From the NCBI GenBank assembly GCA_038087875.1, contig CM075990.1, positions 14,572,001 to 14,636,000 of the forward strand: 64,000 nucleotides of DNA. The letters are read 5' to 3'. The position numbers were made by a program, and so were the translations under genes. The notes beneath the pieces were generated by a model. The model searched no databases. It was not told the DNA's origin and saw only the letters and a program-made list of their open reading frames with translations. The stretch comes from Malacoraja senta (Eukaryota). Shown one piece after another: positions 14,049 to 25,970 of this stretch (positions are counted from its first letter, which is position 1; the number at the start of each line of letters is the position of its first letter).

Positions 14049-14440
14049 TGTATTAGTTACTGTGTTATTGGGTTAGGGAACTGTCTATCGTGTACTGTGT
14101 TAATCAATATCTGTTATTGGACTGTATAGAGACCACCCCCCTATGGTTCGACCCTTCAAGGTTTGGGGAACTTTAAAAGGTAGCCCCCACGAGGTCCTGT
14201 GTCGATCTCTGGAAGAACGCTTGGGAGTGCGTGACCTTTTGGAGTGTCTCTGCTTGCGTGAGGCTAGAAGGGCTTGGCCAAGCAGATACAAGGATCGAAC
14301 CCGCGGTGGTTAGGTATAGTAGTGGGGAACTATTATTGTGTTTTTCCAAAATAAAGTTTAGATGCGCAAGTGCTTGACTCAGCATTTTATTGACTGAAAC
14401 TAGACTGGGGGGAGCTTAGAATGAGCTATTTATAATTTCA
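14049..14440 (+). mobile_element. Possible solo LTR
   Basis: TG...CA-bounded ~390-bp block, more CpG-rich than its flanks, with TTTAAAA at ~14172 and AATAAA at ~14349; no TSD found. Confidence 0.4.
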
Positions 14441-15843
14441 TCCCCCAATTGTCAAATTTGCATGAACCTAATGTCCTTGTCATCTTTGCTGGATTGCTTC
14501 AAAGGTGAATGAATAACCATCTGTTTTTGTACTACCGCAATGTCTTTCCATTCATTGTTTACAAAGGCACAATGGGCTGCCTGAAGTTAGAAGCAACAGG
14601 ATTATTCACCTAGAATAAACACTGATGTCAGGAATGACACTCGTGCATTATATTCTACTCAATCATTAAGTGAATGCCTATCCTTGTTGCTCATACAGAT
14701 TCTGTGTGAGATAATGGGTTTCTGTTTCCATTCAAATGTGGTCCAGTGTTCTTTACTCTTGAGACCAATTTGGCATGGACAGAAAGTTTTGCTTGAGACG
14801 TAAAGATAGACAGCATGGAAATGGGCCCTTTGTCCCACCATGTCTAAGCTAGGCACCTACCACCCATTTATACTAATCTACCAATCCACACATCTTTGGG
14901 TTATGGGGCACGGCCAGAGCACCTTGGACACCCATGCAATCACAGCGAGATCATGCAAACTCCACACCGACAGCACCAGAGATCATGATTTAAATAAGGG
15001 AGGGTGGAAAAGGGAGGGGCTGATGAGGCAGAGAAATATTGTAATGTTAGATCAAGTTGGCTGTATATCTACAGATCAAAATCCCAAACTGTTGTATACA
15101 AAAGCAATGAAAAATGAGTAATGGAGCTTGCTTGAAATGTCATACCTAAAGCTGTGATGTGATTGGAACCCATAGATTATGGCTTGACCCCTGAATGACC
15201 ATTAATATTGTCACAGTAAGTGATGGGGGGGAATATGAGTAAGCACTTGTCCCATCCTTTAAACAGTTCCAACTGTAGAAGTGACTGGAATAACCAAGAA
15301 ATAATTCAAAATTGCCCAAATTCAGCTCTTCTCTCCTCCTGTTGCCAAACCTTAGAAAGCATTCTTGTCATCCTGTGGACTGATTAATTTGATGTCATTG
15401 CAAAGGAAAGTTGGCAAGTGCAGAAAGAAGCAGACACTTAGTCATGGATACTTTTCAGACATTTAGTTAATTCAAATTTGTCTAAAGTAAGAATGTTTAA
15501 TGTCATACAGTCATTTAACGTCTGTGAAGCATTCACACATCATAAGAATATATAAATGCTAAGATACATGTATTTTCTCAATCCTAAGAATAGACTTCAA
15601 AGCAGGATTCATTAGTCTGATTACCTTATGAACTTAATCGGCACTCATTCATCACCTGAAACATTCATTCCCCCCCCCCCCCGTAAATAACAGCACACAG
15701 AAACTACATTGAGTCCCCTCCACAAAATGGATCCACTCGAGCAAACCTGACACTACCTCCCAAATCTGTAGCCTCTGCCATCAAGTGCTACACGCACTAG
15801 GGACAACTTACAATTTTGCCAAGCCAATTAACCTACAAACCTG

Positions 15844-16993
15844 AAGGTACACAAAAAAAAAACTACCGACTCCCATGGCTATCTGGACTACACTTCTTCC
15901 CACCCTGCTTCCTGTAAGGACTCCATCCCCCACTCCCAATTCCTCCGTCTACGCCGCATCTGCTCCCAGGATGAGGCGTTCCACACCAGGGCATCCGAAA
16001 TGTCCTCATTCTTCAGGGAACGGGGGTTCCCCTCCTCCACCATAGATGAGGCTCGCACCAGTGTCTCTGCCATAACCCGCAACACTGCTCTCTCTCCCCA
16101 TCCCCCCACTCACAACAAGGGCAGAGTCCCCCTAGTCCTCACCTTTCACACCACCAGCCGTCACATACAACAAGTGATCCTCCGTCAGTTTCGCCACCTC
16201 CAACGTGACCCCACCACTCGCCACATCTTCCCATCTCCCCCCATGTCTGCCTTCCGCAAAGACCGCTCCCTCCGTAACTCCATTGTCAATTCTTCCCTTC
16301 CCTCCCATACCACCCCCTCCCCTGGTACTTTCCCTTGAAACCGCAAGAGATGCAACACTTGTCCCTTCACCTCCCCCCTCTACTCCATTCAAGGACCCAA
16401 GCAGTCGTTCCAGGTGCGACAGAGGTTCACCTGCATCTCCTCCAACCTCATCTATTGCATTCGCTGCTCTAGATGCCAGCTGATCTACATCGGTGAGACC
16501 AAGCGGAGGCTTGGCGATCGTTTCGCCGAACACCTCCGGTCGGTCCGCAATAACCAACCTGAACTCCCGGTGGCTCAGCACTTCAACTCCCCCTCCCATT
16601 CCGTATCTGACCTCTCTGTCCTGGGTCTCCTCCATGGCCACAGCGAGCAACACCGTAAATTGGAGGAAATGCACCTCATATTCCACTTGGGCAGTCTACA
16701 TCCTGGGGGCTTGAACATTGAATTCTCCCAATTCTGCTAGCCCTTGCTGTCACCTCCCCTTCATCAGCCCTCTGGTTGTCTCCTCCCCTCCCCCAGCCCT
16801 CAGGCTCCTCCTCCACCTTTTTCCTTTTTTCCTTTCTTCTCCCCACCCCCTATCAGTCTGAAGAAGGGTTTCAGCCCGAAACGTTGCCTATTTCCTTAGC
16901 TCCATAGATGCTGCTGCACCCGCTGAGTTTCTCCAGCATTTTTTTTTTTTTGTGTACCTTCGATTTTCCAGCATCTGCAGTTCCTTCTTTAAC
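15844..16993 (+). mobile_element. 5'-truncated Penelope-like element (Neptune-like), nested in a SINE
   Basis: 14-bp duplication AACCTACAAACCTG at 15830-15843 and 16994-17007; RT-thumb and GIY-YIG coding region; short inverted terminal fragment at the 5' junction. Confidence 0.92.
15862..16740 (+). pseudogene. Penelope polyprotein C-terminus (RT thumb, Cys linker, GIY-YIG endonuclease) with one in-frame stop at 16336
   Basis: YLDYTSSHP..IPHSQFLRLRRICS; RCNTCP; NLIYCIRCSRCQLIYIGETKRRLGDRFAEH; ORFs 16000 and 16414 are in the same frame. Confidence 0.9.
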
Positions 16994-17389
16994 AACCTAC
17001 AAACCTGTGTGTCTTTAGTGTGTGGGAGGAAATGAGACCAACTTATGCAGTCCTGGCGAGAACGTACAAACTCTGTATATGCAGTACCTGTGGTCTGGAT
17101 GAAAACCGGGTCTCTGTCGCTGTAAGGCAGCAAGTCTACCGCGGTGCCACCATGCAAAGTAGCTGCTTGGCTGTTGTCGGAATATTCAGAAATTGTGCAT
17201 AGTTAGAGGGATTAATATCACCTGCAGCAGTGAAATGAGAGATGTTAATATTGGAGGCAAGAAAAGACTGAACTGATAAATGCGAATCATTCTCCTTTCT
17301 TCTCTGAAACTGCAGCTCAGTGGAAGAAATGTTGGTGTGCATGTGTCCTTCACCTGCTTTACTTGCTCCATTGTTTTCAAATGCAACGT

Positions 17390-17920
17390 TATAGAGACAT
17401 ACAACGTGGAAATGGCACCTTCAGCCCAACTCGTCCATTCCATCCAAGATGGGCCACTTTAGCGCGTCCCTTGAGCCTGGGTTTGGCCCATATCCCTCTA
17501 CACCTTTCCTATACATGTCCCTGTCCAATTGTCTTGTAAATGCAGATATAAAACCTGCCGCAACTTCATCCCTTGGTAGCTCATTCCACATACCCACCGC
17601 CCTCTGATTGAAAATGGTTTCCCACAGGTTCCTATTAAATCTTCCCCTCTCACCTTAAAACTATGGCCTCTGGTGTAGGAATGAACTGCAGATGATGGTT
17701 CAAATCAAAGATAGACACAAAAAGATGGTGTAACTCAGCGTGTCAGACAACATCTCAGGAGAAAAGGAATAGGCAACGTTTCGGATCGAGAAGTCACAGT
17801 CTGAAGAAGGGTCTCAACCCAAAAAGTTACCAATTCCTTTTCTCCAGAAATGCTGTCTGAGTTACTCCAGCTTTTTGTGTCCAACTATGCCCTCTGGTAC
17901 TTGATTCCCCATTCGTGGTG
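17390..17920 (-). mobile_element. CR1 3' fragment containing a fold-back Penelope end (17675-17882)
   Basis: CR1 tail; insert flanked by AACTATG(G/C)CCTCTGGT duplication. Confidence 0.8.
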
Positions 17921-19696
17921 AAAGGCAAGAGACAAGAGACATTTATTTGTCACATGTACCAATTGGTCCAGTGAAATTTGTGGTCACCATACAGCCATAC
18001 GAATAAAAAAGAGCACAGAACACGATAGCCTTTAACATAGATGTCCCCACACAGCGGAATCAAAGTTTTCCACTGTGAGGGAAGGCACCAAAGTTCAGCC
18101 ATCCTCCTCGGTTGTCCTCTCTTGTTCACCCGTAGGCGGGGGGGAGGGGGGGGGGGGGGCTCCCGAACCCCTCACCCCTCACTGTCGCCGCTACTCTGTG
18201 TGTTCTGAGGAATGGTCTCTGATCCAAAATGTTGACGTCTCACTTTGCAGATACTGGTTGAGTTCTTCCTGTCTGAAGAAGGGTTTCGGCCCGAAACGTT
18301 GCCTATTTCCTTCGCTCCATAGATGCTGCTGCACCCGCTGAGTTTCTCCAGCATTTTTGTGTATCTTCCTGTCACTGCTTGTTTCGATGTTCTGTCTGCC
18401 TTCCAAAGTGTTGCCCTTTCGATGCTCACACTCACTTTTTTTAGATCCACTACAGCAGCTGGTTTCTAAGTCGCTGTTGGGTTTACTTGTGGTTTCAATT
18501 ACTTGTGAAGCAGCTTGGCATCATCGAGAGCCCACTTAGCACCAGGCTAATTCCATTACGTCTTGCAACAACAGCAACTTTCAGGCATGTTGTACGAATC
18601 CCAATGTAAAATCCCAAAATCTGGCCTGCTGACATTTTGAAATGAGCAAACAGAATTGCAAAAAGGGTATATTCCTTTTTATTTTAAAAACTGTTTGGCA
18701 AACCCTTTCATGTATTAGCAAATAAATCATACAATTTAATTTGCGCATTATGATATCATCACATTCCACTCTTGCTCTCAGACAATGGAAGTTACTGTTT
18801 CATGAACCTGACTTAGTCTCGCCAAGTATCGCTCAAAGAGAAACCAACTATTAAAGTTTTCTCTGCAGAGCGTTATTAAAGTTTTGGCACAGGAAAGTAC
18901 ATATTGCCATTTAGATTTTATGAGGTGGAATTGTATTGTAGATTAGCACAGAAAATCTATTTGAGAACCTCATTTCCAATCGTGTCAATGTGCATGACAT
19001 CATCAAATAGTGACTGCGGCTTTTCAGCAGATTGCTTTTTATGTTTCAAAGAAAAAATAAAATGCTATTTTGTACTTACATGTGAGTTACAGTGAATTAT
19101 TTTTCCAACATGGCCTTAATAACAAAGAAGCCAACCTGTTCAGGAAGACTGCTGTAACTCTTTATTGCATTTTTCTCCCACTTTGAACAAAGACAATTCC
19201 TCTTTAACAGAACATTGACTTTTGATGAAGAGCTTCCTTTCCAAAAAAAGAACAGTCTTGTCTTGATTTTATAAATAAAATAATTTGAAAGTAACTGGGA
19301 TTGTGACAGATGTTGCCTCAATAAGGAACATGTGTCTAGAAACTGGAGAGCACCCTCATATTGTGGGTTAAATAGATGGTTGTATGTACTGTAGCACTAG
19401 TGACCATTTGGGTGACCTGCATAAAATATCAGGTAATTGGCAAACATTCCAGTTCATCATCAGGGTACTATTTGCATTGATCCATTAAAAGCATTAAAAG
19501 TTTTTTTCTGTGTAGTTCCCAATGAGTTGATGACTGAGACAACAGAGATTGCTCTTGCTGAGTTATTGTTGAGATGAAGTACTAGCTAGATAGCCCAAGC
19601 CATATAGAAGCACTCTCCTTAAACAGCAACAGAGCGACTGCAGAGAGAGTTTCCACTGAAGTGAAGTGGGGGTTAGAATAGAAGGCGTGTAGAATA

Positions 19697-20205
19697 CAGG
19701 GCTTTAGAAGTTTGGCATGTCACCAACGACCCTCACCAACTTCTATCGATGCGTCATAGAAAGCATTCTATTGGGATGCATTATAGTATGGTTTGGAAAC
19801 GGTTCCATCCAAGACAGCGAGAAATCGCAGAAAGGTGTGGACGTCGTCCGGGCCATCACGCAAACCAACCCCTCTTCCATCAACTCAATGTATACTTCAC
19901 GCTGCCTCAGCAAGGCCACCAGCATAATCATGGACCATTCTCACCCCGGTCAATCTGTCTTCTCCCCTCTCCCATCAGGTAAGAGATGCAGTAGTGTGAA
20001 AATGCACACCTCCAGATTCAGGGACAGTTTCTTCCCAGCTGCTACCAGGCAACTGATCCGTCCTCTCACCAGCTGGAGAGCAGTCCTGAACTCCTCTCCA
20101 CATTACTGGAGATCTTTGAACTTTATTGGAATTCATCTTGCACTAAACATTGTACCCTTTATCCTGTATCCATACACTGTGGACAGCTTGATTGTAATCA
20201 TGTAT
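19697..20205 (+). mobile_element. Rex1/Babar LINE 3' fragment
   Basis: ORF 19717: LTNFYRCVIESILLGCIIVWFGN...DHSHPG..FSPLPSGKR...TSRFRDSFFP. Confidence 0.88.
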
Positions 20206-20482
20206 ATCATTGTGTCTGGCCACATTCTGCCAGCCCATAACTTTGTACACAGAGTGGCAAATGGCAACACACATCATTCTGGCAAAGACTAGGGCAAAGA
20301 TCAATGCAATGAATTGTATGGAAAGGCTGTTATAAGGTAAGGGATACCCAGCAAGGTTGGTAGAAACATCCTGGTGAACAAATGAAGCTGATACCGCAGA
20401 ACTTTAATTATCCCAGGAGGAAAATTGATCTGCGAACTGTCATACAATACAAGATACATGAAAGAGGAAAGGGGAATTTACC

Positions 20483-20578
20483 GTCTGAAGAAGGGTCTCG
20501 ACCCGAAACGTCATCCATTCCCTCTCTCCAGAGATGCTGCCTGACCCGCTGAGTTATTCCAGCATTTTGTGTCTATCC
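20483..20578 (+). mobile_element. Penelope terminal unit with intact hammerhead-core motif
   Basis: CTGAAGA-A-GGGT CTCG ACCC-GAAAC GTC at 20485-20512. Confidence 0.8.
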
Positions 20579-21639
20579 AAGAAGAATTCACCTATTTGCT
20601 ATCTATCCTTGCTTTGTAGGTTAAAAGCATAGGTTGTAGGACAGCTGCTTTCTATTGAGAAACATAAAAATGAATACCCATTGTATGTTTAAAGCCATGC
20701 TTTGTGACGATTTGGTTGATAGTTGCTAATTAGCTGCTAAATAGTTGTTAGATTGAACTAATATTTTAAAAAATTCTTTGCACAATTTAATAAGTAAGAA
20801 CAAATGGATGTCTAACCATAAAGTATTTAAAATACAGCACAGATTATCGAATTGAATTAATTGTTTTCCAGCCTTTTCATGTCATTGTTTTATTTTTACT
20901 TTTGCTTTGGTTTGTTGCAGCCTCTGCTTTGCCACTGCAAAAAGTTAGAAATTAATGCAAGGGGCAGGCAGATGAACTTCTCACAACTGCGTCTGACCAA
21001 GTGTTTGTGCTGTGGAATGTCCTGATATTTGCCATCGAACAGGTAAGATGCTGGCCTTCCTTCTAAAGCGCATTGGATGTGGACTTGAAAGAGGACATTA
21101 TTGAGGAAGTCAAAAAGAGTGGGAATGATTGATTGAATAGAAAAGGCATGATGCTGTGTGCTGTAATATTACTTGAGTGTGATCAAAAACCTATTGATAA
21201 AGCCTTTCTCCTTATGTTGAGTAACTGTGTTTATTCGGGCTTTAGTTTGAAAGAGCAACTGTGAACATTGACATTTGCTCCTGGCCACCATTTGTTATTG
21301 CAGTCTGTAGTTTTTGTTGGACGTTTCCGTACACACTTCATTGCTAGCATTGAACTGTAGCTGTTCATGCATTGTACTAAGTAATTGCAAATGCATATCT
21401 GTAACTGATTTGTTGTTTAGCATCGTAACACATTGTTTTTAATTTTCAAAATTAAATCACTTGAATAATTCTTTAATTGATGACTTTTTACAAATTGTTC
21501 CACACTCCGTACAGGTCTATTATGGTCCTTGTTTAATCTCACCTCTGAGTTGCAACAGGTCTAGCGTTGGGAATAAAAGGGAGAGGTGGTGGAAGTGGGA
21601 AATGTGAGGAGATGAGCACTATGACTACTGTGTCAAATA

Positions 21640-22335
21640 CAGTAAAACTCCCATAATCTGGCACCTGGCTCAATTATTAGCCCAGAAAGTGAGTTGAGGG
21701 TCTAGAGTGCAAAAATGATTGTGTGGCCAGAATCAGGGGTCTGGGCTGATGAACAGGAGTGCAGCCAGCGCTCGGGTTTAGTTTAGTTTAGAGATACAGC
21801 GCGGAAACAGACCCTTCAGCCTACCGGGTCCACACCGACCAGTGATCCCCGCACACTAACACTATCCTACACACACCAGGGACATTTTACATTTATACCA
21901 AGCCAATTCACCTACAAACCTGTACATCTTTGGAGTGTGGGAGGAAACCGAAGATCTCGGTGAAAACCCACGCGGTCACGGGGAGAACATACAAACTCCG
22001 TACAGACAGCACCCAAAGTCAGTATCGAACCCGGGGCTCTAGCGCTGTAAGGCTGCAACTGTACCACTGCACCACTATTGAGCACTCGAACACCAGGAGT
22101 ATGGAATGTAGGTAGGTGCAGCCACAGCCAGGATCCAGAGTCCTTGTATATTCCATGCTCCCTTTAAACTTGTTGGGTTCACAGGAAAAAATGTTGTACA
22201 AGAGCATGATATGTAAATGGATGTGAAATGGAAGTGCATTTGAGTTTAAAATGGAGTAAAATATAATACTCTGGAAAATCTGTTTGTCCAGTACCACCAA
22301 AGTCTCAAGGGTGCTGGATTATCTGAGTTTTACTC
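21640..22335. mobile_element. Tc1/mariner (pogo/Tigger-like) non-autonomous element with nested SINE
   Basis: TA|CAGTAAAACTCCCATAATCTGGCACC on the left and inverted GGTGCTGGATTATCTGAGTTTTACT on the right. Confidence 0.7.
21777..22075 (-). mobile_element. tRNA-derived SINE (V-SINE/HE1-like)
   Basis: (TTTAG)n tail, core and tRNA head in reverse; homologous to 29608. Confidence 0.88.
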
Positions 22336-22672
22336 TTTGAATATAACACATTCAAGGTTTCTGGAAAAATAAATCACAGATCAATCCTGGGAACATAATT
22401 TCTGTGCCTCTGGGAGTTCAGACTTTTTGGCTGCTTGTTTTATTTTGCACAAGTTTTGTTTTGGATCGTGTTCTGGGAAGATAGACTGCTGGTTGATTTG
22501 TGGGGATGAGCAAGATGGATGGTTGTAAGATTGCACAGAGAACAGCTGCAATCCCTTAGTCTGAAGGATCATTGGACATGTCAGAGGAAAGGAGATTTCT
22601 GCAGAGCAGTCAGCTGAGAGAATTGATCTTGTTCATTTGCTTCTTAAAATGATGATTGTGATGATATTATAG

Positions 22673-23039
22673 GTGCTTTCCACCACTCAATCAGCTTGGA
22701 AAAAGGAATGGGAGTCCAAGGACGTCCCAAATAAATATCTGGTGTCAGACCCAACCCTATCTGGTGTCAGACCCCACCCTGCCACCAATCTCCCAAGGAA
22801 GCATTGGACGACGCTGAATAGATTCAGGACTGGACATGGCCCCTGCTTGGCCAGCCTTCACAAATGGGGCAGCAGCCCAACCCCACGGTGTGTTTGTGGA
22901 GAGCAGCAAACAATGCAACACATCATTGAAGCATGCCCTCAAAAAAGACTTAAAGGAGGACTTGTCACCCTTCATACAGCAGATCAAGAGGCAACTGCTT
23001 GGCTAAAGGACTTTGCATTCGCTAAATAAAAAAAATAAA
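22673..23039 (+). mobile_element. Ingi/Vingi-like non-LTR retrotransposon 3' fragment
   Basis: Open ORF LPRKHWTTLNRFRTGHG..LHKWG..P.CVCGEQQTMQHIIEACP (CCHC finger) ending directly in a TAAA/A-rich tail. Confidence 0.65.
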
Positions 23040-23448
23040 CTGCGGTGATTGCATGCATTTTGACAGTCAGGAGCGATGTGACACTCTGCCGGTTATCCTG
23101 GTGTTGGACAAAATTGTCATGGCTGAAATTCAAACCACCATAAATAAATGGCTACTTTCCAGCAGCTATAAGTTAGAACCATATTTCTTGTTCCACAGGG
23201 ATAAAAGCCATACCAGTGTCAAAATCCATTACAGCATTTCATTGGAAATATTTCTGTAAAATTAGAACAGGAACTGGCTGGCGAATACTTGTTAATACAG
23301 CACTGTGTAACACACGCCACATTTGGAATTTATTAGAGGATTATTAGTCAATTGTTTTATTATCCAGTAAATCCGATGTGATTATGTGACTTGATGGACA
23401 TTGCTATCCGTAACTGTGATCGGAGCATCCACCTTTAATACTAACCCT

Positions 23449-23659
23449 TGTTGTTAAAGAAGGAACTGCAGATGCTGGAAAATCGAAGGTACACAAAAAT
23501 GCTGGAGAAACTCAGCGGGTGCAGCAGCATCTATGGAGCGAAGGAAATAGGCAACGTTTTGGGCCTGAAGAAGGGTTTCGGCCCGAAACGTTGCCTATTT
23601 CCTTCGCTCCATAGATGCTGCTGCACCCGCTGAGTTTCTCCAGCATTTTTGTGTACCTT
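23449..23659. mobile_element. Fold-back Penelope terminal insertion
   Basis: Inverted pair of terminal units; ACCTTTAATACTAACCCT repeated at 23431-23448 and 23655-23672. Confidence 0.88.
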
Positions 23660-24116
23660 TAATACTAACCCTCAAGATTTAGGTGGAAAAGTAATTAAAA
23701 TCCAAATGAGAGTGGGAGATTGTGGGCCGAAGGAAGGAACAGTGGCTGTAAGATGTCCGTGGGCAGTCTGTCAATAGTGTCTTTTGCAAGATTGGGTTTC
23801 CCTCTGACAGTGATACCTCAACCATTTCTCTACAATAACACCGTGGCTTGTGATAATGGAGCAGTTTTTGGTCATCCTGACAATACTGGATACAGCCAAA
23901 TGGTTTAGTTTAGTTTATTAGTTTAGATTATTATTGTCACGTGCACCGAGGTACAGTGAAAAGCTTTATGTTGCGTGCTATCCAGTCAGCAGAAAGACAA
24001 TACATGATCACAATCGAGCCATCCACAGTGTATAGATACATGATAAGGGAATAACTTTTAGTGCAAGGTAAAGCCAGCAAAGTCTGATCAAGGACAGTGC
24101 GTGGGTCACCAAAGAG

Positions 24117-24420
24117 GTTTAGTTTAGAAGTTTAGAGATAGAGGGTGGAATCAAACCCTTCGGCCCACTGGGTCTGCGCTGACCTGGTGATCCCTTTACA
24201 CTAGTTCTATCCCACACACTAAGGACAATATACATTTTTTACCAAAGCCAATTAACCTACAGACCTGAACATCTTGGGAGTGTGGGAGGAAACCGGAGCA
24301 CCTGGGGAAAACCCACAAGGTCATGGGGAGAAGGTACAAAATCCGTAGAGACAGCACCTGTAGTCGGGATCGAACTCTGGTTTCTGCCGCTGTAAGCAGC
24401 AACTCTACTGCTGTGACACA
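24117..24420 (-). mobile_element. tRNA-derived SINE
   Basis: Reverse complement of the 29608 family. Confidence 0.85.
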
Positions 24421-24877
24421 TTGGTTCTTCCAATGAAACATGGAGTTAAACAAGGTTTATGGGAGAATGGTTAATTCCTGGAGCTATATTATTAATGACC
24501 TGGATTTAGTTTATCCTAAGTAGGACACTTACTGCAGTGGTATAAAACACTTAGCTATTTATATTAAAAAAATACTATATCTCTGCAGTTGTAGCTTTCT
24601 TTGGAATGAAGATGACTTGCTTACCTTCCTCAGTTAGGTGACTGAAGAGGCTAATGTGGTAACTGTGCCTTCCACAAAATGGACAGGAGATGTGTGATGG
24701 GGAAATGAAATGGGTAAAATGTGATGTGGTGCACTCCTGGGCTGCTGTCTGCTCCCAACACATGGACTCCATTTTGTCAACAGTATCGCAAATGTTCTTT
24801 CTCCTCCCTGAACTTTCTCTACTCTGAAATCCAGAGAGTCCCAAGGTGAGGGGGATGCTTGGGATGGCCGGGACAGA

Positions 24878-25428
24878 CACTATCTTGGAAACTTTCCAAT
24901 CAGGTTTCAGGGCTCACCATAGCACAGAGTCTGCCTTGTTGAAGGTACACAATGACCTACTGCTCACTGTTGACTCCGGCGACTGTGCAATTCTGCTCCT
25001 TCTTGACCTCAGCGCAGCATTTGATACTGTCGACCACACCATCCTAATTCACTGTCTCCGGTATGGGGTTGGTATTGATGGCACTGCCCTGAACTGGTTC
25101 ATCTCCTACCTCAAAGGTAGGAGTTTCTCGACTAACATAGGCAACTCTTTCTCCTCCCCAGCTAATCTCTGCTGGGGGGTTCCACAAGGTTCCATCCTTG
25201 GCCCCATTCTCTTCTCCCTGTATATGCTCCCCTTAGGCCAAGTCATTGAAAGGCACGGCATTTCCTTCCATTGCTACGCAGACGATACACAACTGAGTGA
25301 GGGCTACATGTATATATGTATGTAGTTTGTTTTGTTTGTGCTATTCTCATAACAAATGTAAAGCACTTTGGCCAATGAGAGTTATTTTTTAAATGTGCTA
25401 TATAAATAAATGTGACTTGACTTGACTT
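24878..25428 (+). mobile_element. L2 LINE with reverse transcriptase fragment joined to the 3' tail
   Basis: FQSGFRAHHSTESAL..LLDLSAAFDTVDH..GVPQGSILGP..YADDTQL, then L2 tail TGTAAAGCACTTTG..TGCTATATAAATAAA(GACTT)n. Confidence 0.92.
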
Positions 25429-25429
25429 G

Positions 25430-25970
25430 GATGTGGAGAAGAAGTTTCCACTAGTGAGAGAGTCTAGGACTAGAGGGCACAGCCTCAGAATAAAAGGACG
25501 CACCTATAAAAAGGAGATGCAGAGGAATTTCTTTGGTCAGAGGGTGATGAATCTGTGGAATTAATTGCCACAGACTGCTGTGGAGGCCGTCAATGGGAAT
25601 GTTTAAGGTGGAGATTGACAGATTCTTGATTAGTAAGGATGTCTAGGGTATCCAAATGTCCTTTAAATGTTGTTCGTGTAGCTGCTTCAACCACCACCTC
25701 TGTCCACTCATTCCATATACTCACATTCTTCTGAGTAAAAAGGTTGCCCCTCAGCTTCTTATTAAATCTTACCCAAATCACCTTAAATCTTCATCTGAAG
25801 AAGAGTCTCGACCCGAAACGTCGCCCATTCCTTCTCTCCAGAGATGCAGCCTGTCCCGCTGAGTTACTCCAGCTTTTTGTGTCTTTCTTCACCTTAAACC
25901 TATGTCCTCTGTTCTTGATGCCCCCACCCTGGGTAAAAGGCTCTGTGCATTCGTCTTATGATCTTATACA
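25430..25970. mobile_element. Two CR1 3' fragments in opposite orientation plus a Penelope end (25795-25890)
   Basis: GGGCACAGCCTCAGAATAAAAGG (+) followed by the reverse CR1; CACCTTAAA duplicated around the Penelope unit. Confidence 0.75.

Larger units (their letters stand above)
15780..17152 (-). mobile_element. tRNA-derived SINE split by the Penelope insertion
   Basis: AAGCCAATTAACCTACAAACCTG resumes after the insert with TGTGGGAGGAAA and the tRNA head (CCGCGGTGCCACC). Confidence 0.8.
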
